A DNA stretch of 61,656 bases, the filler included, from Choristocarpus tenellus KU-1152 (lineage: Eukaryota; Protista; Phaeophyceae): NCBI GenBank assembly GCA_964200185.2. It is 13 parts of 13 records of this genome, joined end to end, with 100 filler letters (N's around TTAATTAATTAA, not from the genome) between each part and the next. Parts side by side here need not be neighbours in the genome. Positions count along the whole stretch, not along the records: positions 38,218 to 41,585 come from CAXNAD020020493.1; positions 41,686 to 51,346 come from CAXNAD020003494.1; positions 51,447 to 55,571 come from CAXNAD020016089.1; 10 more parts are not named here. One strand, 5' to 3'. The position numbers and the translations under genes were made by a program. The first letter of the stretch is position 1. Each line of letters starts with the position of its first letter. Below, piece after piece: positions 39,386 through 51,496 of this stretch. The notes beneath the pieces were generated by a model that saw only the letters and a list, made by a program, of their open reading frames with translations, was not told the origin of the DNA and did not search any database.

Positions 39386-39717
39386 GGGGGAGTAGGGCTC
39401 CATTGCTGTTGATGCACTCCCTGCTAACTGGAAGGAAGATGGGAGCAGCATCGAGTGGTTGGACAGAATTGCTGAAGCCAAGTCCAAGCTAAGGGAGCAC
39501 TTTGAGGGCAAGATGAAGGATCTGGATGGGGTATGTCCTGATGTTTTATTGTGCCGCATTATTTATTGTAAATTACTATAGTGTTGGGGTTAGGGTTAGG
39601 GTTGTAGGGGACTTGACACCAATCGATAACCACACGTGGGTGGGATAGTAGGCTTTGCATCAGGTCAAGTCAATATTTTGGGAGTAGTGGGATGGTGTAG
39701 AGGAGGATGAAATCAAG
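39061..39717 (+). pseudogene. Three exon-like segments with in-frame TAG stops, possibly a decayed transposase
   Basis: ag/gt-bounded segments: LNIASILLDTIYFPG*; GSIAVDALPANWKEDG...KMKDLDG|gtatgt; DLTPIDNHTWVG**...|gtaagt. Confidence 0.3.
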
Positions 39718-40496
39718 TAAGTACTACGATGATCGAGCAATGACTCACTAATGCATTGCCCTCGAGAGCTTGCCTTGCCCGTGGGATTGGTCTTGTTGTA
39801 GACGAGATGGAAGATGTAGGGTGCTTTGTTGTTTGGTGAAACATGACAACCATGCGATCTAACCCTAAACCTAACGCTAACCTCTGGTTGATGAAATCAG
39901 CGCTGTATGGGTATGAATACAATAGAGTTGGAAGAATGCCTGTGATTAAAGATTGTCCTCTTAGTATCCAATGTGAGTATTTACACGCTTGTCAGAGAGA
40001 CCGGTTAACGATTTGTTGGTTTAGGGTTAGGGTTATTGACGGCATAGGATTTCCTGCAATTGCAGTGAGACTGCAATCGCTTATACGTTGGTTAGGGTTA
40101 TGGACGACGCTCTCAAGTGATTTCCAAGCTTTGGTTCAAACCGCTACTGTTTTGTACTGCATAGTGTCAAATATTATATATGTCGACCCCTAGCACTTCA
40201 ACGTCTCATGGCCTCGTTCACCCCCTGTTGTGTTGCTCTACGGTTCAGACATAGGCAAGGTATACCTTATTTTTTCAAGGGGAGGTACTCAGAGGTACAC
40301 AAGCGATCCGTTGGAGGCACAGGCAGTCAAAAGAGGGGCTTGCATGTTGGCAGTTTTCCATTTTTTTTTGTCAGTCTACCGCTGTAGTCCGGGGACCGTC
40401 CTGGGCCATGTAGAGGCACTGCACACATTGCATAACTTGTCGCAGCAACTACTACAGTAACCAAATGTTGCAATTTGACCAATTGGATCGCCTTCG

Positions 40497-40693
40497 GGGT
40501 CAAAGTATCTGGGGGGGAGGGGGGGTGGTGTCGGCGTCCGTTTTTCACCCTTTTGTCGATTTTCACTTTTTTTTTTGGTGTGATTTGGTCGCACTTGTCG
40601 GATTTGAAATGTCAGCAAAAAAAAGAGTTGTTTGACTGAAACGGACACACCCTCACAAACCACCCCCCCCCCCCCCCCAGATACTTTAACCCC
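40497..40693. mobile_element. MITE family A, diverged subfamily copy
   Basis: GGGTCAAAGTATCTGGGGGG...CCCAGATACTTTAACCC(C). The interior differs from other A copies; possible TSD tcg. Confidence 0.8.
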
Positions 40694-43104
40694 TCGTCCA
40701 TGTCCTGATTCTCACACTTGGGAGTCGAGGGTCCCGACACCCGACCTCCTCCGTTGAGTGTTGTGCTGGGCCCCCCCCGGAAGCAATACTTAGCATTGAA
40801 GCATTTTCGCATCGAAATCCAATTTGGATGTGTGGATTTGTTGTGCTCTTGTGGAAAATCGACAGATAGTTCAGTAGAGGTGCACAATCTGTGATGCTTC
40901 CCACGTGCCAGTTGGGGCATTGAAGCTCGATTGTCTAGAAGGAAGTGTGGTTTGAACTCACGAAAATCGATGCATATGCAACGATGTCCGTTGATCCGCC
41001 GAGTACTTGGTTATCTTACATATATATATATATATATAGATCTTTTACTTCCTCTAAATTGCTTGCCTTACAGAGTTTTTTGTGTTGTCTGTCATGTCCT
41101 TGGAGAGCACAGTTTTGTTGAGAATACAATGTACAGAGCTGATGCTGCTGCAAGGGATCTGTTGCTCCTACCCACCGCCACCCTCCGGCTTCGCTCCCAT
41201 GGCACACCCACCACGTCCATTATTCCTTTCTTCCCCCCTTCCCTGCTCATGCTTGTCAATTTTTGTTGACTCCTGTTGTTGCGCTTGCCCTCAATCACAC
41301 ACACACACACACACATTTTTTTTTTGTCCTTTTTGTTGTTTTTTGTTTTTTGGGTTTTTTGGGGGGGGAAAATTAATGGAAAAGATGGAGGCAATTAACA
41401 GGGCAAAAGTGAAGGAAGCAGAGGCTATGTTTGCTAGGATTGCTTCTCAGAGAAAGGTATGAAGAATGTTAATGTGGAAGAAGACCAAAAGAATTCCATT
41501 TGTGTGTGGGGGGGCGGGGGCAGGGGGGATGATCCCAGACGGCCCGGCCCAACTTTGGGGAGGGGTGGCCAAGGCGAGGCACACANNNNNNNNNNNNNNN
41601 NNNNNNNNNNNNNNNNNNNNNNNNNNNNNTTAATTAATTAANNNNNNNNNNNNNNNNNNNNNNNNNNNNNNNNNNNNNNNNNNNNATGTGCACGACGATC
41701 AAACGAAATCATTGCCGCCCCTCACACACTGTACTACTACCAACTTCAGCACGGATTCCCATTTAAAAGAGGCCCTTAAAAAGTGCCGCAACATTTACAA
41801 AAATATATATATCGGTACTTTTTCCGCACTATTTTCGGTTACAACCATCCTCAATAGTACCCTCCATCCTCAATTTTTAAAATCCACTGTTTGCTGCTGC
41901 CACCTCTACTACTACATTTCGTCATCAACAAACTATTATCAATAATACCGTTATCAAGACAGTAGGTGACACATACATACACTGGGCTTACAATTAGAGG
42001 TTGAAGTGGAAGGAACCGAGGATGGAGGGGCACATAGCTTGAGGTGCGGTGGAGAAAATGTATATAAAAATTGATAGATCAAAGAGAGTAAGCAAATAGG
42101 GGGACAACGTTCCTCAGACTCGCTGACAGAGTTATCACACGCCGAAGCGGGATACGGGTCATCGCAATAGATCAGTTTCCTGTAAAGAAAAACCGAATCA
42201 TAGAAACCTCTCGCTTCTCTGACAACTTCGCCTCCTCATCGGAATCAGTTGGTTTGCCTTATTTGGGTAAAACAAAGCTGCAGACTGAACTATAGAAATG
42301 ATTCTTTTGAGTACAGTCATGCTCGAGATATCACATCGCTACAAATTTATAATGCAAAATTTATTATGCCCACAGAGACTTTGGGGGTTCACCTACATTC
42401 TAATATAATTGTCAAGAAACTCTCCCAAACCCCGCCATTCCAACACGTGAATATTCTTGTATCGTGTCTGGTACATAATTGTTAGGAGTATGTTTACTTA
42501 GAACTCCTACCACGAGCGAAGGACACCATGTTGTCTAACTTTTAGAGTGAATGATTATCTCTCGCTCATCATGCTCGCTATGTACCCTCCCTGCATCGTA
42601 CATGGGTGTCCTAAATTGAATTTCTCAAGGAAGTGAGACAAAATCACATGTATCAACGAGTTGCAGTAGAGACAGTACAATGTGTGTGTATGTATGGGTT
42701 TTTCGAGCTCGACATTAGCGACCTGTGCGCTGGAGACGCTTGCACACGACAACATGTAGGCCTTGAAGTTTGTTGTTTGTTGTTTGTTGTTTGTTGTTTG
42801 TACTTTGTCAATTTTTTGGAACTTGATTTCCACTCAGAACCCGTCTGACAGACAGATTTCCTTCTGATGTAGGTTGTGATACCTCCTCTTTTCGATTTCC
42901 ACACGACAAATGTTCGACTAGTGAGGTCGGGGGAGTAGTGGAGTGCGAATGGACTTCACCCAAACAAACACACAAAAACACACGTATCGGTGGATGGATG
43001 TATTACTCAAGGTATACTAAAGCAGTGCATGAAGTGTAGAGAGTGCGATTCTATTGCCCAAGATTTTACAAATTCCGCAAAAACCGTCATCATACTTTTG
43101 CAGA

Positions 43105-43868
43105 GAGTCAAAGTAGGCGAGAGGTATCCAGGGTTGCATTTTTAGGATGCTGACAAAAATGTGAAAAATTCGATTTGAGTTAAAGTATCTTAGAGGGTAA
43201 GAATTTTGCCCTGTTTGTCCATTCGGGGCTTGGCTTCCTATGGGTTTTTATGACATTTTCTTATTCCGAAATGTTTCGGAGTAGGTAAAATGTATACGTT
43301 ATGAAAAGGTATGTCCGGAACAAACAAACACAACAGCCAAAATTACATCAAAATCGCAACATTGGAATTTGGGTCTCAAAACGGACGCGGCTCTACCCTC
43401 TAAGATAGAGTGAAAGTATCTTAATGGGTACGAGTTTTGCCCTGTTTGTCCTTTTGGGGCTTGGCTTCCCATGGGTTTTTTATGACATTTTACAGCCTAA
43501 AACGATTTTGGAGTAGGAAAATGTATACGTTAGGAAAAGGTGTGTCTGGAACAAGGATATTTGACACTTCCTAACAAACATCACACCTCAAATTACATCA
43601 AAATCGCAACATTGGATTTTTATCCCCAAATGGACGCGACCCTACCCTCTAAGATACTTCAGCTCATACTTTGACTCTTTTTTCTCAAATGCATACAGGA
43701 TATTTCCCCCATTGCGTCGCAGAGTGTCAAACAATACAGAAATCAGCTCTTTCAAGTCAAACTGAACTATATCCTTCTACAGAGATCATGGCTGAATTGC
43801 GAAAATAGAAAAACTGGCTCGAAATGTAAAATGGCCAAACCCTGGGCACCTCTCGTTTACTTTGGCTC
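43105..43868. mobile_element. MITE family C hosting two nested MITE-B copies
   Basis: TIRs GAGTCAAAGTAGGCGAGAGGTATCCAGGGTT / AACCCTGGGCACCTCTCGTTTACTTTGGCTC; flanks aga/agt. Confidence 0.75.
43177..43677. mobile_element. MITE-B (TSD TTT) with a second MITE-B (43408-43665, TSD ATA) inserted in its TIR
   Basis: ttt|GAGTTAAAG...TAAG ata|GAGTGAAAG...CAGCTC|ata CTTTGACTC|ttt. Confidence 0.9.
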
Positions 43869-44001
43869 AGTATGAACAATTGCCCAACATAACATGAGGA
43901 AGAGGTTGTTGTCGCCAAGCTACTCAACCCCAACTCGTGATATTCCAGGATGTAGGATTGGAATAAATTAGTATGTGTGCGACCTGTTCTTCTTGTTACA
44001 C

Positions 44002-44452
44002 TGTTACAGGCGAATAGCGCGAGTATTTCTTCCCGTGCTTTAACCGGCGCGAGCAGTGTACGCCTGCGGGGAACCCCAAAAGGGGGAACTCCGATTTGCC
44101 AAGAAGTTGCAGCATAAAATCTGTAACTCGGTAAAGTCGCAAAGGGTCCCAGATGGAAAGGTCGCAAAGGTTCTCAGATATATTCCAATGTCTGTAAATC
44201 AGAAGAAGCCCCAACGGTAAATGATGATAAGAGATCCTAAAAACGGCTCCAAATGGCGCAGTTCTTCTGACCTAGAGGACCCACCTATTCAGTTCTTTCT
44301 CTCTTAACTGATACCGATAAACACACTTCCTTGTGCTACTTGATTCACCTGAGAGTACTCCTGTTCTGCTGAGCTGACGTGTGTTGATGATCCGTGAATT
44401 GGACTTGAGTTGTACATCCTGTGGAGGTGAGTTCTGAGGGGCTCCTGTAACA
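44002..44452 (+). repeat. 5' LTR (451 bp) of a Gypsy-like element
   Basis: TGTTACAGG...CCTGTAACA termini. A near-identical inverted copy lies at 50165-50608. Confidence 0.85.
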
Positions 44453-44466
44453 TGGAGGTCCTACCG
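44453..44466 (+). promoter_or_regulatory. Primer-binding site, tRNA-Gln type
   Basis: TGGAGGTCCTACCG directly follows the LTR and is the reverse complement of ...CGGTAGGACCT-CCA, a typical eukaryotic tRNA-Gln 3' end. Confidence 0.7.
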
Positions 44467-47067
44467 CCACTCTTCAAACTGGAGGGATTACTCATTGTTC
44501 ACCTCAACACTTAGGATTCTTTGTAGCTTCCTACGCCCACCTGGATTCTCTTCTTTTCCCCTTGGGTTTGTGGTCTTCATTCGTCGTCTACGGGATTCCC
44601 TCCTTGGGCTTGTTGTCTTCATGGGTCTGAGGGCTTCTGTGGCTCTGAGGGAATCGCCCCTCTCTAGCCGTAAAACGAGTGGCCTCTGATCGCCACATCA
44701 CTCGCCTATAGTCATAAAATAAGTGGTCTTTGATCACCATGGTCGAGACGTTGCCTAGGTAGTCAATCTTCCGCGTTCCTTTACTCACACATTTCTGTTC
44801 TCTTTTGGTTGCCATCTTGCTCTTTTATCCCCCAGGTTCTCAGACATGTCTGGTTCACAGTATTCAAGGCAATTCTGGTCACAGCCGTGTCCATGCTGCT
44901 GAACGTCGAGGCAGGCGCAGGTAGCACGTTCGTTTTCGGTCTTCCACTCGTGGCAAATCCCACTCCAGGTCGAGATCCCGGGGCAGGCACTCACATCGAC
45001 ACGAACGGAGGACCAGAAAAGAACACAGAGGTCGCAACTGTTCACCGCGTCGTCACTGTCGGACCAGTGATTATTCTTCTTCACACAGGTCTGTATCACC
45101 CAGACCATCTCGAAGGAATAGCCTTAGTACGGTACGTTGGTCCAGAGAGGTTGGGGCAGAGTTGCAAAGAGAAATTCATGAGTTGCGTACACGAGCTGAG
45201 TCGTATGAGCCACAACCTGATAGGCAGCAGTCAGACCCAGCCTCTCACAACCTCGACGTGCGTTATCATCAAGATTGTGTTAAAACCATGGAACGCATTC
45301 ATAAGAAACTCGGAGACCCTGCCAACGGCCCCATCTCTCTTGGAGTACTTGCAGATAACTCCGCCCCAACCATGTAAAAAAATACCGTTTTTTTCGCTGA
45401 CGCTCTTACCAAGGCCTTAGGGAGGGTTCAAGGAGGATCGTGGGCCTTACTCAAAGATCGTGTCCATTATCATAATACATCATGCCCACGTAGTGATGCC
45501 CTTACCCCTTTCCGCATCTAGCTTCTTGAGCAACTGCTGTCTGACTCTCTTAAGACCCACAGTGATCTCCTAAGAGACTCATCTACAGTGGAAGTCCCGA
45601 GCGTCACTGGAAATCTCCTTCGAGTTCCTCGGGAAGACACGACAGCGACTGAGTGGGTTCGAATCCTGGTGAAAGAATGCACTCTTTCTTATAGTCAGTC
45701 AAAAGATGACTTAAAGAACGCAATGAGTTCTTTAAGGACCGAGAGAGGGGAATCTTGGAAAGCTGCAGCCAACCAGCTTGTCTTAGATTATCGAGCATAC
45801 ACCGTAGATTCGCGGATGCCTCATGTTTGCGAGGCAACTTTCTTTTGGAGGTATATAGCTGAAGATCAACTCATTGATATATGCAAATGAGCTCTTCCTA
45901 TTCTTCTTCCCAATGTTCTCGATCAGATTGGAGTACAGTCGATGGCATTGTCATTTCGAAAGGAGAATCGGAACCAAATTCTCCCACTGGCAATTTCCCT
46001 GAATAATCCTTTAGGAGATGAAATGGTACAGCGGGGAATTAAAGAGAACGAATCTTTGACGATCTTATCGAAGAATTGTCCAATCGTAGCGACCAGTACG
46101 CATTTGTTCCAACCAATCAAAATGTTACAAAATCCGCGTCGTACAAAGATAAGACACCTCCTGCTTTAGGTAGCATGGCTAACGCTCGAGCTATGTTTGC
46201 AAGCACAAGAGCATACTGTCATTTAGAGAGGGGGAAGGCTTTCGACCACCTCAAACCTCATCATGGATACCTTTTGTTCGAGCTGTGACACCCAGATCTC
46301 TTGATAACAATGTAACCCTGTCAGCCCTATGACAGTGGCAAGCTTCAATGGCACCTACAACCCGACCACCCAAGTACCACAGACTACCTCTTAATAACCC
46401 CAGATCAGCTGGATGTAGAGAACCCCCCCCTGACGCACTCCATAGATTCCCAAGAAACACTAGTACCCTAACTGGTGAACATATGCCACCAGAGAAGGAA
46501 CATGCAACTTTTTTTGATGTATAGACCCAGAAGCAGGCATCCAAGATACAGATCTAGAGGCAGGTATCGCCACAATAGATCTTACCCAAGACAAGGATCC
46601 TCTGATCCCATCATTGGAGAATCCAGGTGTGGTACCCCTTCCGGTAGAGGTAGCGTGGGAGGACGATGGGACTCTGCAATGGGATTGTGTCTTTCAGAAG
46701 TAGAACATGTAGAAGGGTTTGTCAGCAAAGCCTGCAAAGGATTTGTTAAGGGGGCACAACCACAATCCAGACAATTGGTGGTGATTGAACCCTTATCAGA
46801 GTATAACCTGGAATTAGGGAATGCTGTGAGAGTTGCCATAGGTGTACAATGGTGGAAGCCAGGAACCCCCATTTATTGCAACCTGGTAAATACGTGCAGT
46901 AAGTCCAGTAGTGTCCAGGCAGGGCTGCCAGTTGCAAAGGGGATTGCTCTGAATACTCAGGATACAGAGAGGGTGGTTGCACTCTGTCAGTCACTAGCCC
47001 AACCCCCCAAAGACCCCCAAAAAGAACAGTTTCTGTTTACCACGACTAGTTCTCAGATAAGGCAATC
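44453..47067 (+). mobile_element. Internal region of a decayed Gypsy-like LTR retrotransposon (gag-like remnants), cut off at a MITE-B
   Basis: Follows LTR+PBS. Broken helical ORFs at 45162-45890 and 46700-47040; no RT reached before 47068, so the Gypsy call is tentative. Confidence 0.6.
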
Positions 47068-47325
47068 GAGTGAAAGTATCTTAGAGGGTACGAGTTTTGC
47101 CCTTTTTGTTCATTTGGGGCTTGGCTTCCCATGTTTTTTTTAAGACATTTTCCTACTCCGAAATGTTTCAGAGTAGGTAAGATGAATACGTTATGAAAAG
47201 GTGTGTTCGGAACAAGGGTATTGACACTTCCTAGCAAACACAATAACCGAAAATACATCGAAATTGCAGCATTGGATTTTGGCCCCCAAATGGACGCGGT
47301 CCTACCCTCTAAGATACTTTGGCTC
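47068..47325. mobile_element. MITE family B, full copy, no matching TSD
   Basis: GAGTGAAAGTATC...GATACTTTGGCTC; flanks atc/agt differ. Confidence 0.88.
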
Positions 47326-47726
47326 AGTGCTACAGCTTCGATTTTCCTGAAGTACCAACTAAGTCTACGATAGGGTCGCGGAATTTCCTTAGACCCTAAC
47401 CTCTTGCTTCCAATTCTGGGTCTTGGGCAACAAATACAATAAAACTCACACAATATAGAAATTCTCAATTTTACGTCTTTAACCATTGCGCAATAATGAT
47501 CACGTAGAAGGACCGGAAATTGTTACCAGTATAACAGTTTAGCCCGGATATATTCGCAACGAGGTGAAGGCGTTTCCTCTCCTGCTCTTGCCAGTAGCAA
47601 GATTGGAGTGTCTTCAACCTTCTTTGCACTTGTTGTTTGGTTGGTGGGACGGCATGAAATTATTTGCAGCAATTGTAGATTACATTGCGGTCTTACCTCA
47701 TACCGTCAAATATTAATCTCATAATT

Positions 47727-49860
47727 TATTATTATTATGCCCTCTGACATTTTGCAGTGTCACGGGAAAAAACAATGAAAACTGTTCACATGCCCGAAAA
47801 GTCCTTATAAAAGTGCAGTTGTCGCAAGTCTGGAAGACGTTCACCTATTTTCCATGTTACTACCAGCTATGCTGCACCGCTGCCTTCCTGCACCTCCAAC
47901 TTAGCTTAGTCCTGCACCCCAGGGTGTGCAGCTAGGGAAGCATTTCAAGAATCTAACAAGCCCCTCCTTGCCCATCTCCCTGGTGTCTCCAGCTTCAAAC
48001 GAACAACACGTGTAGATGGGCTACTCGCATTATGACTGAGACTATCTGGCGTAGACGGGATTTGACCGCCCCTTTTCTGCTGTAGCCTCCTGTCCCTCAC
48101 CCCCCTACCACGTGTGTAGCTAGCTCATCCGGAAAACTTTCTGCTTGCTTACCGAGCCACTCAAAACTTTCCACCACGAAGGTGTTGAGGTTAAAAGTAC
48201 GAGGGTAGTGGGTGCACTTTCACCCCTCAACTGCAGCAGCAGCTACTCCATTGCTGATAGATGAGTGCGGCAGATGGGAGGCTGCTTGCACTTCTGGAAA
48301 CGTAACATCTAGGAGGAGACCTTTGTCTCGGTAGGGAGCTGATCTGACGTCTGCAAGTGCCCCAGCATGGAAGACCAGATCCACGTGGAAATTCCTATCT
48401 ACTGCAAATGGGCTTCCATCCTCCATAGTGCAAGGGGTGCGCATTTCCTTGTTTTGCAAAGTTGATCCAGACGCTTTACCATCGTTGTGTGTTGGTGAAC
48501 CTGTCCTCCTCCCCTAGGGCAGGTGTGTGCAAGTCTAGTCTTCACATTTTGCCTCCTGCAATCAGTCACAAGGCACCTGTTCGATAGGGCTTCCTCTCTC
48601 ACTAGGGATCTGCTGGCGGTGAGTTTAAACTCATTGGGGGGGGTAAGGCATGCCGGCTTCAGGGGTTTTGTTGAGGCCCATGCATTTGACCTTGTCCACA
48701 TTTACTCCGGTGGCATGCCAGGGCTAGCAAGAAATTTTCCTTCCCTTGCTCCACTTTGTCAGGTAAGGCGGCCAATTGCGTCTGGAAAGAGTTGAAGCTG
48801 ATCCTGTTTAGGAGGCAGGTGATATTATCTTTTGCCCCCCTTGTAATCCTGGCATCATGGGCTGCCAGAGTGTGGACCTCTGGGGTCGGTGTGGAGGATG
48901 TTGTTCCTCCCTAGGTTACACAGCCTTGGCCAATAATGACCCAAGGTATCTGGGGAGGGTGGCGGCTGTCCATTTAGGACCCATTTTTCCATGTCGCGAT
49001 TTTTGGGTGATTTGGATTGCATGCATCGGAAGGATAATGTAAGTGCACTTTTCCTGGTCAGGGCCCAAATGGACACCTTGGTGTAGACCTCCACCCCCCC
49101 CCCCCAGATACGTTGAGCCAATTTCCGCCAAGTCTTTTGAGGGGACTCCTGTAGACAGGAGGGTGTGGACGGATGATCCCAGGACCCTTACTGTGGGGCT
49201 CGTACAGATGGCTAGTGAGAAAGACTCGCCATGAGGCCATTGTTACCTTGCTAGGAGGGTGGGGAGAGTAGCCACTAGTGATCCTACGAAGGCTGCATGT
49301 TGGCAGTGCTTCATTGAGGAGAGGCCCAACACCCCCGCATTTGTGGGCATCTGAGCCTGCACTTGTTGATAGGTCTCTAAGCAGAGAGACCCATTGTCAC
49401 ACACCCCTTCAAAGATTCGTTGCCCCCGCCGAGTCTGCTACCTCCATTATCTTCGGCAAGTGTCCATAGTGAGGTGTTGTCTGCTTGCTCCATGGTGGAG
49501 CGTGCCAGGTGGGGGGGAGTGACCCTTGCCAGATAGCCTAGACGGGAGGAGGGAGGCCAGGAGTTGAGGAGCCAGCCCACTTGTTTGACCTTCATCTCGC
49601 TTAAGTGTGTGGCCAATGTTCGTGACCCAGAGCTTGGATGAATTCATCTGTTCCCACAGGAGCCCCCAATGTATCAAACCCATTTCGGTTCAGGGCCAGG
49701 TTGATTCCCGCCGTGGCTAGAAGCTCCAGTTCGGAGGGGGTGGGTTGGTGGCCCTGGGGAGGTGCAGTAAAGGTCTTGTCCATGTTCAGGGCAATGCCTA
49801 CCTCTTGAAGATCAGTTTTTAGCTGCTTGAAAGGAGCTATAGTGTTGAGGTTGATCTATC
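47727..49860 (-). mobile_element. 5'-truncated CRE-like non-LTR retrotransposon (RT C-terminus + restriction-like endonuclease)
   Basis: LQEVGIALNMDKT and GFDTLGAPVGT (RT end); C..C..HTC (zinc knuckle); HVDLV..LLLDVT..AAAAVEG*KCTHY..FVVESF (RLE PD-D/ExK-like); 3' UTR ending in a hairpin and (TAA)n. Confidence 0.8.
48938..49119. mobile_element. MITE family A, full copy, TSD AAT, inserted in the non-LTR element
   Basis: aat|GACCCAAGGTATCTGG...CAGATACGTTGAGCC|aat. Confidence 0.9.
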
Positions 49861-49892
49861 ATTGTGCCTCTTCGGCTGCTTCTTAAGGGGGG

Positions 49893-50667
49893 TGGTGACA
49901 ATCACCGATTTGCACCATTTTGTTACCCACACTAGCAACGAAGAAATATCTGAGTGCATTGGTCAGGATGGTAATTTTACAGCTAGGCGCACTACCATAC
50001 ACCATATAGTTTAGTGCAAGTATATATGAGGCAGCAGGAACACTGTACACATAAAGGACTTATAGAGTAGATGTCTAATCAGATATGTACATTCTACACT
50101 CTACACACTGGGCCTTCTGTGAGTTATAGATAGTACGTGTTCGCTTAAGTACACAATAGAGTATTGTTACAGGCGCCCCTCAGAACTCACCTCCACAGGA
50201 TGTACAACTCAAGTCCAATTCACAGATCAACGCACGTCAGCTCAGCAGAACAGGAGTACTCTCAGGTGAATCAAGTAGCACAAGGAAGTGTGTTTATCGG
50301 TATCAGTTAAGGGAGAACTGAATAGGTGGGTCCTCTAGGTCAGAAGAACTGAGCCGTTTGGAGCCGTTTTTGTGATCTCTTATCATCATTTACCGTTGGG
50401 GCTTCTTCTGGTTTACAGACATTTGAATATATCTGAAAACCTTTGCGACCTTTCCATCTCGAACCCTTTGCAAATTTCCCGAGTTACAGATTTTATGCTG
50501 CAACTTCTTGGCAAATCGGAGTTCCCCCTTTTGGGGTTCCCCGCGGGCGTACACTGCTCGCGCCTGTTAAAGCGCGGGAAGAAATACTCACGTTATTCGC
50601 CTGTAACATGCCTCCCAGCGTGAACTAGGTACACATGTTTCACGCTTACCACAGGCGATTGTCACCA
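49893..50667. repeat. Candidate second-family LTR interrupted by a solo LTR
   Basis: Perfect 11-bp inverted termini TGGTGACAATC / GATTGTCACCA, preceded by a purine run (aa plus a G tract). Confidence 0.5.
50165..50608 (-). repeat. Solo LTR, inverted copy of 44002-44452
   Basis: Reverse-complement match along its full length. No PBS and no TSD visible. Confidence 0.85.
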
Positions 50668-51446
50668 GTTAAGACAATAGATATCATCCATCACCTCAGA
50701 TCATGCTGTAGCAGCATGAGTTGGTTGCCATCAAACAAAAAAGGGGCTCCAGTTCCAAACTTGTCGGTTGTTTCCAACAAAGGGTCCTCGGTTCCAAATT
50801 AACCAGATATTTCTTAACAAATGATCGACATGTCTCCCAGTTATCTTTTTGAGAATAAGTCCTCAAAAGTCTTAAGACACAGTCAGAATCAATAAATGTC
50901 TGAGCTAATCAGAGTATATATTAAAAAATATATATATAACTTCGACTAGGTCCAGAATCGATCAACACATATCCCTGTTTTTCTTGGGATAATTTATCCC
51001 AAGAGGCACAGAATACTATGCAAAACAGTTTGCATCTGGGCCAATCCGAGTATTTACTTGCTCCTTCTTCTGAAACATCTTCAAAAGTTGCAAAACATAC
51101 ATCTCTGACATGGCCTAGAATGAATGGGACTCTAGTTCCGATCACCCCAATCACAAATGTGATTAATTCCTCTCCACAATTTTTTTTTTAAGGGTCCGTC
51201 CACAAGATCACAGGATGTAATTTTTTTCCAATTGCATCTGCCTAATCTAAGTATACCTGTTCCTTCTGAACTGGTGTTGAAGAAACTGGTGTTCCCAAGA
51301 CTTGTGTGTGTAAATAACTCGATTATTTCCTCATTATGTAGAACAGNNNNNNNNNNNNNNNNNNNNNNNNNNNNNNNNNNNNNNNNNNNNTTAATTAATT
51401 AANNNNNNNNNNNNNNNNNNNNNNNNNNNNNNNNNNNNNNNNNNNN

Positions 51447-51496
51447 CCAAATGGACAAACAGGGCAAAACTCGTACCCTCTAAGATACCTTCACTC
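51447..51496. mobile_element. MITE-B terminal fragment at contig start
   Basis: ccaaatggacaaacagggcaaaactcgtaccctctaagataccttcactc. Confidence 0.85.

Noticed and set aside
21330-39717. TAG stop-codon reassignment suggested by in-frame TAGs
   Set aside because: Intact genes (DM10, SPRY) have no in-frame TAG, and the affected segments also carry TGA stops or phase conflicts, consistent with decay.
45656-45666. GGTTCGAATCC B-box as a tRNA or SINE
   Set aside because: No A-box or cloverleaf nearby; it lies inside the gag-like frame (WVRIL).
44002-50608. 450-bp inverted repeats as the ends of a DIRS/Polinton or TIR element
   Set aside because: Each repeat has TG..CA LTR termini and one has a PBS. 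The interior is a patchwork of unrelated elements with no tyrosine recombinase or polymerase.
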